This document shows positions 25,360-37,996 of a stretch of DNA of 64,000 nucleotides, one piece after another. The notes under the pieces are model-generated. The model was not told the origin of the DNA. It did no database searches and was given only the letters and a program-made list of their open reading frames with translations. Source of the DNA: Octopus sinensis (Eukaryota); NCBI RefSeq assembly GCF_006345805.1, contig NC_042998.1, positions 122,202,001 through 122,266,000 of the forward strand. Reading direction: 5' to 3'. Position 1 is the stretch's first letter. Every line of letters starts with the position of its first letter. The position numbers and the translations under genes are program-made.

Positions 25360-26190
25360 ACTCATGCTCGAATGGTGCTTTTTATGTGCCACTGGCACAG
25401 AAGCCAGTTTGCTGCTCTGGCAACAATCATGCTTGGATAGTGCTCCTAGCACTCCACTAGCACGGATGCCAGTTGTCGAATTTGATTTCGATTTCGATTT
25501 CACTTGCCTCAACAGGTCTTCGCCAGCAGAGTTTAATGTCCAATGAAGGAAAGGTTCACATAAGTGGGATGGTTACACCCCTGGCATAGGCCACAAGGTT
25601 ATGGTCTTATTTGGCTCGCCGGGTCTTCTCAAGCACAGCATATTTCCAAAGGTCCCAGTCACTAGTCATTGCCTCGGTGAGGCCTAATGTTTGAAGGTAA
25701 TGCTTCACCACCACATCCCAGGTCTTCCTGGGCCTACCTCTTCCACAGGTTCCCTCAACCTCTAGGGTGTGGCACTTTTTCACACAGCTATCCCCATCCA
25801 TTCTCGCCGCGTGATCATACCAGTGCAGTCATCTCTCTTGCACACCACATCTGATGCTTCTTAGGTCCAACTTTTTTCTCAAGGTACTTACACTCTGTCA
25901 AGTATGCACACTGACATTACACATCTATCGGAGCATACTGGCTTCATTCCTTGTGAGCTTACGGATGTCCTCAGCAGTCACGGCCCATGTTTCACTGCCA
26001 TGTAGTATGGCTGTTTGTACACATGCGTCATACAGTCTACCATTTACTCTGAGCGAGAGGCCCTTTGTCACCAGCAGAGGTAAGAGCTCTCTGAACTTTG
26101 CCCTGGCTATTCCTATTTTAGCAGCTACACTTTCAGCGCACCCTCCCCCGCTACTGACTTGGTCACCTAGGTAATGGAAGCTATCAACTA
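25360..26190 (-). mobile_element. RTE LINE 3' fragment, well preserved
   Basis: ORFs DSFHYLGDQVSSGGGCAESVAAKIGIARAKFRELLPLLVTKGLSLRVNGRLYDACVQTAILHGSETW and GTCGRGRPRKTWD. Confidence 0.92.
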
Positions 26191-26239
26191 CTTCAACTAT
26201 CAAATATATATTGTATATATAAATATATATAATTAGAAA

Positions 26240-26615
26240 TATCATTATTTCTAATTCTCTCTGAAGGAAACTACGGAAGCGGTACTGGATATTAATAGTT
26301 ATCGCCAAGTTAACATGGCAGTCTAGAAAAATAGGTTGAATGCTGCTGTTGATTAGCTCCAAGAGGCTATCGCCACTAGCTAGCTATGTGACACACAAAC
26401 CTGTGTCCATTATAACCTTTGAATAGGGGAGGTCAGCGGCTTCCCCTTGCTGGTCTGGCATCCACAGAGTAGTTTTGAGGTGGTTGCCTCTTATCAATGT
26501 GGAGTAGCCGAACCCAGCAGGCGTCGCTGCTGACTGACTGTTCGAAGGATTATTTATCTAAATTCAGTGGAATACCGCTGAGCATTTCGTCGAAAGTGCT
26601 GAGAACTCTGCCAGC
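26240..26615 (-). mobile_element. CpG-rich element with a SINE-B-like tRNA head and an unrelated body
   Basis: Reverse complement gcaagctggcagagttctcagcactttcgacgaaatgctcagcggtattcc matches the family B head. The next ~330 nt match nothing else in the window. Confidence 0.55.
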
Positions 26616-27272
26616 TTGCTGACTTATGATGACAATAATGATGATGATCGTGATGTTTATGCACACAAGCACAGGCACACATGCATGTACAGGTACATGC
26701 ACACACACACACACGCATGCACAGGTATATGCACACACACATGCACACATATTTAAAACAAACAACCTAAGTACTTGTTCACACTGAATTAACACAAACA
26801 TGTTTTGAGATTCACACCTAAATCATCCAGTCATAACACATCTTTTACAATTGAATTATTCTGAGACTCACTTACAAACACCTTTAAAAGTTGCCTACAA
26901 TATTTGCAAACATAATACAATAAGAGTAATTAACAAATGAAGAACCTTAGCTGAATTAATAAATGGAGAACCTTAACCTTAACTAAATCAATAAATCTAG
27001 AATGAATAATCATATTCATAACACACCCTCACCAAAAAAAAAATAATAAATAATAATAACTAATGAAGAACCATGAAAATAATTAAACAATAAACAAAAC
27101 AAAAAAACACCAACTAAATAATGCCGAATAATAAGCAAACACAAAACCACAACTACATGAATGAATTTAAATATATCACAAAAACTGAGTTGTAGCAGCC
27201 ATCGCCTGCAGACCACAATGGCATGAAACTCGAGTTATAAGCAAGAAATTCAGATCCAATAGGCTAAAAATA

Positions 27273-27482
27273 CAGGGTGGCCCAAAGGTAGATTTACAAT
27301 TATTCAACTATCTCTTTCACATTCATATATTAACAGTTTAAATCTCAATTATAAGAAAAATATGGAACCATTAGTCTATGCTAATCTAATTAATTGTAAG
27401 ATAGAAATTTAAATGTAATAAAATGTTTTGAAATAAATTTAAAGTGCCTACGTGATAACTGTAAATCTACTTTTGGGCCACC

Positions 27483-27485
<3 letters not shown>
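27273..27485. mobile_element. Tc1/mariner-type MITE (213 bp)
   Basis: TIRs of about 32 bp (CAGGGTGGCCCAAAGGTAGATTTACAATTAT versus the reverse complement CAGGGTGGCCCAAAAGTAGATTTACAGTTAT), TA flanks, non-coding AT-rich interior. Confidence 0.9.
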
Positions 27486-27536
<51 letters not shown>

Positions 27537-27820
27537 CTGCACACCACATCTGATGCTTCTTAAGCCCAACTTTTCTCTCAGGGTGCTTACACTCTGTCAT
27601 GTATGCACACTGATGTTACACATCCAGCAGCTTCATTCCTTGCAAGCTTACACATGTCCTTAGCAGTCACGGCCCATGTTTCACTGCCATGTAGCATGGC
27701 TGTTCATACACAAGCATCATAAGTCTACCTTTTACTCTGAGTAAGAGGCCCTTTGTCACCAGTAGAAATAGGAGCTCTCTGAACTTTGCCCAGGCTATTC
27801 TTATTCTAGCACTTTGCCCA
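27537..27820 (-). mobile_element. RTE LINE fragment
   Basis: Homologous to 25840-26110 (ggcccatgtttcactgccatgtag...ggagctctctgaactttgccc). Confidence 0.85.
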
Positions 27821-27930
27821 GGCTATTATATATATATATACATACATACATATGTATACATATACATACATATGTACACACAAACTCACACACACACATG
27901 TGTATATCTATACACATATCTATGTATGTA

Positions 27931-27986
<56 letters not shown>

Positions 27987-28049
27987 GCACATATAAATCT
28001 ATATATGTACTTATATATATATGTGTTTGTGTGTGTGTCTGTGTTTGAA

Positions 28050-28340
28050 ATCACATGTCAAGCTAAGTAAAACCTAGGTTGCCCTTGTATACAGGCTCAT
28101 CACCTACAACCCCATCCAGCTGAGTTGCCCTAATCTCACAGGCTTGTAGGTGTTGGTGCTATATAAAAAAAGCACCCATGTTGGTGCGGCATAAAAGCAC
28201 CCAGTATGTTCTGTGAAGTGGTTGGCATTAGGAAGGGTATCAAACTGTAGAAATCATGCCAAAAGAGACAGGAAGCCTGAACAGCCCTTCAGCTGGTCAG
28301 CTCCTATCAAACTGTTAAATAATGACAGTGATGATGATTA

Positions 28341-28360
<20 letters not shown>
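28050..28360 (+). mobile_element. RTE 3' tail copy
   Basis: gtggttggcattaggaagggtatc...ctcctatcaaactg then (GAT)n. Confidence 0.75.
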
Positions 28361-28374
<14 letters not shown>

Positions 28375-28380
28375 GGTATA

Positions 28381-29232
28381 CAGGGTGCGGGGAATAAACT
28401 GTCGTTGGAATTATGTAAAAATGAAAATAACACTGACATCTCATTTTAACAGATATATTTACTAAAATTACATAAAAATATCTTGAAATACTAAAGAGAA
28501 AATATATTCAATAAAGATGCCATTAGCTTCAACCACAGTCTCTAGACGACTTCAGAATCTCTTGCAATTCTTCTGGATGGTCTCTTTAAGTTGGTGAATG
28601 CTGCCATTCAGTTCATCTTTGGTGTTACAAGGAGTTTTGTTGTCTCTTGCTCAATTGCGTCTCACACAAAATAATCAAAGTGGTTGCTCTGGGGAGTTAG
28701 GTGGCCAGATGTTAGGGATGGCGTGGTCGCAGAAATTGTCTGACTGGCATGACTGGGTTCTCCTACTTGTGTGGCATGTTGCAGTCCTGTTACTAGACAC
28801 AGGGTCTTCCAGCAGCTACCCTCTTGACTTAGAGCAGCACTACCTCCTCCATCCACTTGATGTAGGCCTCCATGTTGAGACTGAGGTCGTGTGGGAAAAT
28901 GACTGAAGGCATAACATTGCCATCACTAGTGATCACTCCAAACATTATGCTGTTGACTAGATGTTTGATTTTATCACTCTTGGTACATGTCCTCAGATTG
29001 ACACCCAAACACTCTGAAATGTTTGTATTGGAGCTTCTGGCACAAATACGAAGCAGTACAGCATGTTGTTTTTAAAATTTTGGCAGAGTGAATTGTATCG
29101 TAGTGCTGTTTTTCTCACAGGCGGTGCCCAACTGACCCTACTATACTGTGTAGTTGCCAAAATCAAAAACAAACAAGGCACATACATAAAATGGAAAATA
29201 TAAAATGGCAACGATTTATCCATCACACCCGG
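28381..29232 (-). mobile_element. Internally deleted copy of the same DD37D family
   Basis: Ends CAGGGTGCGG (28381) and CACACCCGG-TA (29232). Colinear with 50862-52155 but lacks about 430 nt between tcaatctgagga and catgtac. Confidence 0.9.
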
Positions 29233-29458
29233 TATATGTATATATATATAGTTAATCCAAACAAGAAAGCACAAAAAAACACAACAACGCGAGGACGTGG
29301 AACAAATATAGTATTATTGGACGCTCAGGAAAGAAGGAAAGAAGGAGGGTTTAACATTTCGAGTGGAGCTCTTCGTTGGAAACATAGGAGAAGGAAAGAT
29401 CAAGAGAAGGGAAGACAGAGGAAAAAAAATCGCCAACAGTACACACGAGGTCACACAC

Positions 29459-29492
<34 letters not shown>

Positions 29493-29493
29493 C

Positions 29494-29570
29494 AAATAAG
29501 AAAATGGAGAAGCACAATATTTGGTTCAAAGTTGATGAACCAACGATTGTGCTTCTCCATTTTCTTATTT
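29494..29570. repeat. 77-nt hairpin palindrome
   Basis: Perfect 25-bp arms (29494-29518 / 29546-29570), 2x2 internal loop, 8-bp upper stem, 7-nt loop. Confidence 0.9.
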
Positions 29571-29747
29571 ACAATATAAATTAATGGTAAAATATCTCTT
29601 TACCTTCACCCATTTAATACACTGGGTAAGTTAATTGCAATGCAATAAAAACACTTGTGAATTTATAATTGGGTATTATACCAACAGTATATTGGATAGA
29701 TATTATTCCTTAGTGGGTTAGACCCACAACCCCTAACTTTCTTGGAG

Positions 29748-29778
<31 letters not shown>

Positions 29779-30574
29779 CTCACGCACACACATTAATGTA
29801 TGTAAATATATATGTGTACATATGTGTTGGTTTGTATATGCATAAATACTCACATATACAGATGTATATATTTATATATTTATATATATGTAAATACACA
29901 CACACACACATATATATATATATACTTCTAATATTGGATAAATTTTTTTCTTTTAATTTCATCAAAGTGGCAGCATATTAAAATACCTTTAAAGGTGAAA
30001 ATTGTAAACAATTATAAACTAGGGAAAAATATATATATATATATATCTTTGTATAATTATGAATGTATCCACACACACTCACATGCATACACTCACACAT
30101 TCATACATATCCACACCTACACACAAATCTACATACACAGACACACATATATAAACATATTTAAGTTTAGAAAATAGAAGACAAACAATGTCATTGATAT
30201 TTCAAAATCTGAAAGAGTTGATAGTTCTTTTAAAGTTTTACCAGAGACCAGCTTCACTAGACTGTCAGACTGTCAGTTCTGTAATTGTTAGTGCTAGTAA
30301 TATGCTTAAAGCTGATGTATGTGTGTGCAATAGTGACTAATGTACAGGTGGAGTTTATAGAAGAGACATTTGTTGAATTGTAGTATTCTGAAGTTGGGTG
30401 TAAAGATACATTATTAATTAGGAATGGAATGTATGTGGAGATGGGAGAAACAATGTCTGGAGCAAGAAAAATAAATAGGTTTTCAGACAACTGAAATAGC
30501 TGTTTAGCTTATGTTCTTAGACAATTAAATTCTTTAGACAGCAGAAGACAATGCAAAGCCACACATGCATGCAC

Positions 30575-30601
30575 ATACACACACACACACACACGCACGC
30601 A

Positions 30602-30675
<74 letters not shown>
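30575..30675. repeat. (CA)n microsatellite
   Basis: Direct inspection. Confidence 0.95.
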
Positions 30676-30679
<4 letters not shown>

Positions 30680-30899
30680 TGTATGTATGTAAGCTGATGA
30701 TCTTGCCCTCATAGCAGAATCTCAGGAATGGAAACAAAACCTGTAATCAGAGGGTCTTAAAGTTAACTGAGTAAAGACCAAAATCCTAGTAAACAAGAAA
30801 TCAAACAGTACCCTAGCCATTTTTCTAAATAGCCCTGCTTGATATGTAGGAAGGGTGTAGGTAGAAATTCCATTTGGTGTACCCAGTGCTAGCTTGGGA

Positions 30900-32000
30900 C
30901 ACACGAGAGATGCAGTAAAATAGTAGGAAGGTTAACAGAAAGAAGTGCTTGTATGTAGAAGATGTACAAGAGCCATAAAGACTACAAATACTTGAGAAAC
31001 TGATTCCCTCAAATGTCTTGGAGGTAGTAGTAGATAATTTATGCTACCTTGGTGACCTAATTAGCAGTGGAGGAGGATGTATCAAAAATATAATTGCTAG
31101 AATAAGAATAGGATGGAGAAAGTTCAGAGAGCTTTTATCTCTGTTGGCAATCAAAAGTCATTCTCTCTGAGCAAAAGGAAGTTTGTATGATGAATGTGTT
31201 TGAACTGCAATGCTACATGGTCACTGAATGCAGAGGACATATGAAGACAAGTGAGGGAGAAAACTGGTCTGCTCTGCTGGATGTGCAAAGCCAGTGTGCA
31301 TATGCAAGAGAGCACTGGTATATTGAGAGAAAATTTAGGTATAAGAGGAATTAGATGCAATGTGCAAGAGAGAAGACTGTTCATATGTGCAGATGGATAA
31401 AGACAGTTGCATAAAGAAGCACTGATCACTTGAAGTGGAGGAAAGTTGTGGAAGTGTGAGAATCAGGAAGATATGTGATGAAGTATTGAAGGCTGATATC
31501 AAAATACCAAACCTTACGAAGGAAATGACAAAAGACCAAGATATATGGTGCACTGTTGTACTCAAGAAGACCTGCCCACCACAACAGAGTTAATATCGAA
31601 AACCAAGATGCCATGTAAAAAGAATTGGTGCTAATTCCATGTAGAAATCACTGGTGCTGGTACCATATAAAATGCACTGGTGCTGGTGCCATGTAAAAAG
31701 TACTGGTGTTGGTGCTGCATAAAAAGCACTGATGATGATGCCACGTAAAAAGCACAGGTGATAGTGCCACATAAAATGCGCTGGTGATGATGGTGCCATT
31801 CAAAAAGCACTGGTAGTGGTGCCACATAAAAAGCATCCAGCACACTCTATAAAGTAGTTGGAATTAGGAAGAGCATCTAACTAGAGAAATCAAACCAAAA
31901 CAGACTATGGAACCTGGTGCAACCCTTGGCCTTGCCAACTTTTGTCAAGCCATCCAAGACATGCCAGCATGGAAAATGAACTTTAAATGATGACAATAAT
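30900..32000 (+). mobile_element. RTE LINE 3' fragment with minisatellite 3'UTR
   Basis: gtagataatttatgctaccttggtgacctaattagcagtggaggagga... is homologous to 14.87-15.99 kb; ends catggaaaatgaactttaaatgatgac. Confidence 0.85.
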
Positions 32001-32179
32001 GATGATAAGGATGAGTTGCCTGTATCAGTCCACAAGTGTACCACATGTTAGATGTGAAAATAATTTCTGAGTGATGTAAAATTAAGCTCAAGAATACACT
32101 GCACCATCTAGTTTGGGAATCAATATTACAATCTCATGATCATGAATGCAACACTCTAACCACTAGGCCATGCACTGTG

Positions 32180-32211
<32 letters not shown>

Positions 32212-32699
32212 ACATTGCATCTGTGTGTATATGTGTGTGTATGTGTGCGTGTGTGTGTTTGTGTGTGTGTTGGAAATAGGCTTAGTGAAATTCTAATTGA
32301 CTGTGGAGATAAAGATTTAGATACCTGTAGCATAGTTGACAAGTAGCAATTCTCATGAAATCTGCTTAAGGTTAGGGATCAAAGATGTGGTTAGGGCAAA
32401 GTCCCGGTGGAATGACATGGATGACAGGCTTAGAAAATTTGGAAGAAAGGTGGTTGCAGGGAGCCTTATTAAATGGCTAGAAGAGCAGTTAGATATACTT
32501 GGCTTAGAGTAAGGCAGAAAAGAAGAGATTTGTGCATGTCCTGCAATGTGATATCAAGAAGTGTGGAGTGTTCAAGATCGTGAGACAATGTGTGAGAGAA
32601 AATCAAAGCATCATTGGTGAGAATGATTATATTTGGAATGAAAAAGGCTTACCTACTATTGATATGAAAAAATAGACAGTGGCTCAGAAATGCTATAAT

Positions 32700-33055
32700 A
32701 GAGCAGTGGGTGGCCCTGGTGCCTAGCACCAGAGCTAAGCTGACAATAATAAAGGGCTTTAGTTAAGGCAAGTGCCTTCCATGCAAACATGGGTAACCCA
32801 ACTCAGTTGCACTTTGATAAGAAAACTTTTTATGTCTAGAATATCACATCTTGCAAACATCTCTGTGTTGGGGACCTTGTCCTGCCATTTGATGTTGCAA
32901 ATTGGATGGAGGCAGTGAAGATAGAATGAGTCTAGCCATTTGATACAGCACCTGTAGAGTGTCCATGTTTCACAGTCATTTTGGAGAGAGGTAAGCACTA
33001 CTACCCGGTACACTTTTACCTTTGTGGCCAGCAAGATGCTACGATTTCTCTTCAC
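32700..33055 (-). mobile_element. RTE/BovB-like LINE C-terminal fragment (second RTE family)
   Basis: ORF ATKVKVYRVVVLTSLQNDCETWTLY...IKWQDKVPNTEMFAR...VQLSWVTHV resembles TK.KVYRAVVL..LLYGCETWTLY...WQDK..N.EVL...RW.GHV. Confidence 0.8.
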
Positions 33056-33867
33056 ACACACACACATCCAAAATGATAATCACAACTAAACTCACAGTGC
33101 TCTGAGACAACAGACTGACATTTCTCACCAAATGAAGGAAGCCAAATATCAGGATTTTTATTAATGAGGTTCTTGTCAAATGATGTCATGCAGACTAATT
33201 CCTCATTGAAATTGAGAACTGCAGCTGCAGTTTCTCAGCAAGATAAGTGTGCTATTTCTTGCAGAAATAACTGAAGAAAGCCATTTGGGAGAGACCCATG
33301 GCAGCTGACTCTGGCTCAATGTAGTTGTAGTTGACAAGAAAACACAGATGGAACCCTTCTGATGACAAGGCTAATTCAGTCTTCACTGCTTTGCTCAGGC
33401 AAAGCACACAGGCTAACTATAAAATACTGGTTGAAAATACAGTGGGGATTCTAACATTGCAATAGCTTTAATCACCATCAGGAGAAGACATTGCAATATC
33501 TTTAAATAATGCTTGCAGTTTCTGCTTCAAACAAAGCATCTCTGATATTTATTTCCCCTATGTGTATGTGTATGTGTGAGTATGTGTGTGTGCATGTATA
33601 CACATATACATAGATATATATATGAAAATACATAAATACATACACATATATGACTATGGACATGCTTATTTATATGTTACTAATTGTATAATGTTAGTTC
33701 CTGATTAATAAAAACTCTTATTAGCTTTGGGATATTTGCTCCATTGCATTATATATGGTTTATGTTTACATTTCCACTCATCCATATTTTCATGTTTGCT
33801 AATTTTTCAGTTTTAGGTTGTTCTTAGTTTATTACTATCATCATCATAATCATCATCATCATCATCA

Positions 33868-33905
<38 letters not shown>

Positions 33906-33949
33906 GGTGTTGTTGTTGTTGCTGTTGTTGTTTTAGTTGTTATTGTTAT

Positions 33950-34430
33950 TTAAATGTTGCACAGTATTCAATATTGTGAGATTGTTGATTGAATATATTG
34001 TGTCTACTGGGGGTTTTGTACTGTCTGTCAAGTCACAACAAGGACCTCAGAAAGACAGTACTTTACGCAATATACACGCAGTTCCAAGTAATGCTGATTT
34101 TTGCAATACACTTAGATTGTAGGGTATTTCTAAAGTTTTCAAATGTTTCTTCAGATTGTGTGGTATTAAACCCAATGCTCCAATGACAACAGGGGCAACC
34201 TTTATATTTGACTCTCGTAGTTGCCACTTCCTGGTGATCTCAATTCTCAGGGTTCTATATTTATCAATCTTTTCTCTTTCTTTCATGATTATATGTCGAT
34301 CTCCTGGCACTGCCCTGTCAATTATTAGGCACTCTTGTTTGTCCCTCCTAAAAGTTACTATATCTAGCCTTTGGTTTGTTGGTATCAAGCATCCGTTACC
34401 TCGTATCCATACTTTTGGCATTATTATCAT
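33950..34430 (-). mobile_element. Second R4/Dong 3' fragment (RLE domain), tandem to the first
   Basis: ORF ...LDIV...CLIIDRAVPGD...KEREKIDKY...PVVIGALG...LQKSALLGTACILRKVL; (TAA)n lies downstream at 33870-33905. Confidence 0.9.
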
Positions 34431-34439
34431 TATTATTCA

Positions 34440-36650
34440 TATACACAACAAGTTAGACTGTTGGAAAAGAAAAATTCCTAACATCGTGTTACAAATAACT
34501 TTAGATGCCAAGAACCCTCCTAAGTATCCTAGCTGTCCCTAATAACACTGTTTTCTGGAGCTATACTAAACTGGGTTTTAGGCCTGTTTCCTCTATCCAT
34601 ATGTTCAAGTCTCTAGGGATAGTCCCAATGCACCTATAACTACTGGGATACATTTTACCTGCACTTTCTATAGTCTCTGTAATTCAATGGCTAGATGCTG
34701 GTATTTTGCTATTTTTCTACACCTCTCATATTGATTTTTTAATCATTTGGGACTGTAAAGTCAATTATGTGGCACTTTTGATTCCTTATATCTACTAAAT
34801 CAGGCTGTCAAGCTTCTATTACTCTGTCAATCTGAATGTTAGAGTCCCACAACATCCTTATATTAATTACTTTCTAGTACTTTACTAGGTTCATGTCCAT
34901 ACTATTTATCAATCTGTTCAAATCCTAGCTTTCTACATAACTCCCAGTGTATTACTCTCCCTATGTTGTCATGTATTTTCTTGCATTCTTTCTGTGCCAA
35001 CATGTTACATTCACTTACTATATGAGTAACATTTTCCTCTCTTGATTTGCATAACGTACTTTGGGAATCTACTTAGTTTTTATCTAATTAGTCCTTAATA
35101 CTTGATCTTGTGCTGCCACTAACAAACTGTCTTCCCTTTCAGTCTTCCTTTCTGCAGCCATAACCATGTCTCACTACTGCTATTTGCTGCAACTATCTTT
35201 GTGAATCTATCATGCAAATCCTTCTCCTGCCAGTCAGATAGCTTTTGTTCTTTCCTCTGGTTTTTAATTTCGTTTTTGTTTTGGTTTCCCTATGTCTTGC
35301 TCTGACTCTAGCAGCTTTTAATAAACTTTCTTCACTATTACCTACATAAGAGTCTGTATCTATTCTAGCTAACTCCATGTAGTCTTCTACTGATATTAAC
35401 TCTTCTACTGATATTAACCCTTTTCACCTTCTTTTCTAGGCAAGTATGATCTTGCTACTCCTGCTCTTGGGTGGAGTCCTCTATTCATATTGAATTCCTT
35501 CCTGGTTCTTCTGCCTAGCTTTGCTAATTCAGTTTTTGTCCAATCTACAAAAACTACTGAGTATCTTAGTAATGATACTGCCCAAGTATTTACAGCCTTC
35601 ACTAAATTTGGACTATTTTGGACTACTACTTTCAGGCCCTTTCTTTCAATATTATACTTCCTGTTTGTATTTTTGTTTGCTTTTAAGTCCCCTTTCTCTT
35701 TTCGGTCTAACACAGAAATTTTCTTTGAGAGCATGTCTAACCCTGCCTGGATTCTTCTTTTCTTTTCTCATTCCAATTAAGTTTCTTTTTCTTGATATTA
35801 ACACCCACATTTTCCGCTACAACAATACTTGCTGCCTTGATCAAATTATTTGATTCTGTGATGTTGTTTGTTCTGATGTATTTCAGAATTTCATTGACAT
35901 TTTTTGTTTCTTGGTTCAATTTCGATCACTCAGCCTTTTTAAGGTTGCAAATAATGTCACTATAATTCTCCTGTAGTCTTACCTTTATTCTGTCATACAT
36001 TGCCTTTTGTTCATCTGTCATATCACCATTAGTTTTATTGTTTTCTTTTAGATCATCTACATGTCTCTCATCAAGTAAGCTACCACTGCTCCTTTCCTGT
36101 GCTATGAGATTACTCTTATTAGTGAGAACTGTATTTTCATTGTTATCCCTGCTGCTATTTTCCATGACTCATCTTTTGATAGCTTCAAGCTCTACTTCTG
36201 TGAACCAACAATTTTTTTCTTATTGCACTAGCTTGATCACATAGTTTCTGTTTTGTGAGTTGAAACAATCCCTTTTCTCTCCAATGATCATACATACGTT
36301 GTCAGTAACCCCTAATTTGAGCACATTTTCATCTACTGGGCTGCTCAGATAGTAACACTCCATGACCATAAAATTAATTTGCTTGCTCCATCTATGCCAT
36401 GTGTGGTGGTCCCTTTCTGGATATGAACAGGCTGGAGCTGGACCAGAATCTCTGAGCCTACCAGGTGTAACACTATCACCATCATTGGCTTCAGTTTCAT
36501 TACCACCATTATTCACAATATTTTGTTTTTTCATTGTCACTCATATGAGGTAGAGATTATCAGGTTGCGCAATTACCAGTGATTTTATTGTGACACCATC
36601 ACTAGATGTATCATTAATCAGCCCATGTAGAAGCTCCACCCGTTCCTTTC
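34440..36650 (-). mobile_element. R4/Dong-clade RLE non-LTR retrotransposon, internally deleted (RT core missing)
   Basis: N-terminal VMECYYLSSP motif, then KGLKVVV joined directly to post-RT NLVKAVNTWAVSLLRYS...LHPRA...LPRKEG, then AAQDQ, LWDSNIQIDRVIEA and PDLV (RLE domain). Multiple stops. Confidence 0.88.
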
Positions 36651-37164
36651 ATTATTATTATTATCATCATCACTGATATCACTGATATTATTGTTTTTAT
36701 GTGTAGTAGCAGCAGTGGTTGCAGGAACAGCAACAGTAGCACGGGTGGGGGTAGTGGTAAGGATGGTAGTTGGGCCTCAGATTCCTGTGCTATCATAATA
36801 GTAGTAGTTGTAGTATTATTGTAGTATTAGTAGTATTTAGTATCAGCAGCTGCAGCATATTATTATCATTTAAAAAACAATTTTCTTTTCATTATCACCA
36901 TTGCCACCACTACAATTGTTGGAGGAAATAGTTGGGCAGCAGTTTGGTGAATAGATCATATCCTACAGGTCTATAAACAGATTTGGCAAATGGTGGAAAG
37001 GTCAGCCATAGAGACAAAAGAATCTTCACACCCTTTAGGTCAGCAGAGGTCAAAAGTGTTTACTACTACCAGTGGCTGCTGAGAGCTCTGCCTTGAAAAG
37101 AAGCAATTCAACCTGTTTTATTTGTAATTACTGATAGAAAAAAACAACAACAATAATATATATA

Positions 37165-37206
<42 letters not shown>

Positions 37207-37946
37207 ATACACACACACACGTATACACACACACTCAGATATTCACATCATTGAATTTTTGAATTTCTGAATTCAATTGTGTTGTTACAATTAAAAGGAT
37301 GTTTACAGTTTCAAACACCCAGGGCAAGTCAAAAAGAAAAGAAAACAAGTTGTAGACAGTGAAGTTTTAAAATTTAATAAATATGGTCTTTTGTATGACC
37401 ACACAGAGAGAAATGGTAGTGTTCTTAGAATAAAAAGGAGGATCGTTTGTGTATTTGAAAGCTGTAGGTATGTAAGTTTCCTAACTTATTTTATTTTAAG
37501 GGAGAGTTAACATATTCACAGGAAACTGTAGGTATTCCAGTCTTTGGAAATAATAATAAGAAGAGATGTTCACATTAGTGGATTTTTGAATTTCTGAATT
37601 TCTTTTTCTTTTGGAATTTTTCTTTTCTTTTAAAGTTTTTCTTAGGTTTACAAGTTTTGTAGTTGTGCAATATGTATATATTGGCAGGTGCTTACTTTCT
37701 TAATTTTTTATTATGCATTTAATTGTGTTGTTACAATAAAAGGCATGTTTACATATTCCGTTAATCAGGGAAGAAGAGAAGACAAAGTGTTCACATAAAA
37801 TTGGAGATATTAAAGTTTCTAAATTTTTTGAGGTGTTCATTTGTATGTCCATTCAAAGAAAACTGGTGATTTTTTTACAATAAAAAAGAATGATTACATT
37901 TTCGAATATTCAGGGAAAAAGGAACCAAAAGAAAAGGGAGGTATTA

Positions 37947-37994
<48 letters not shown>

Positions 37995-37996
<2 letters not shown>

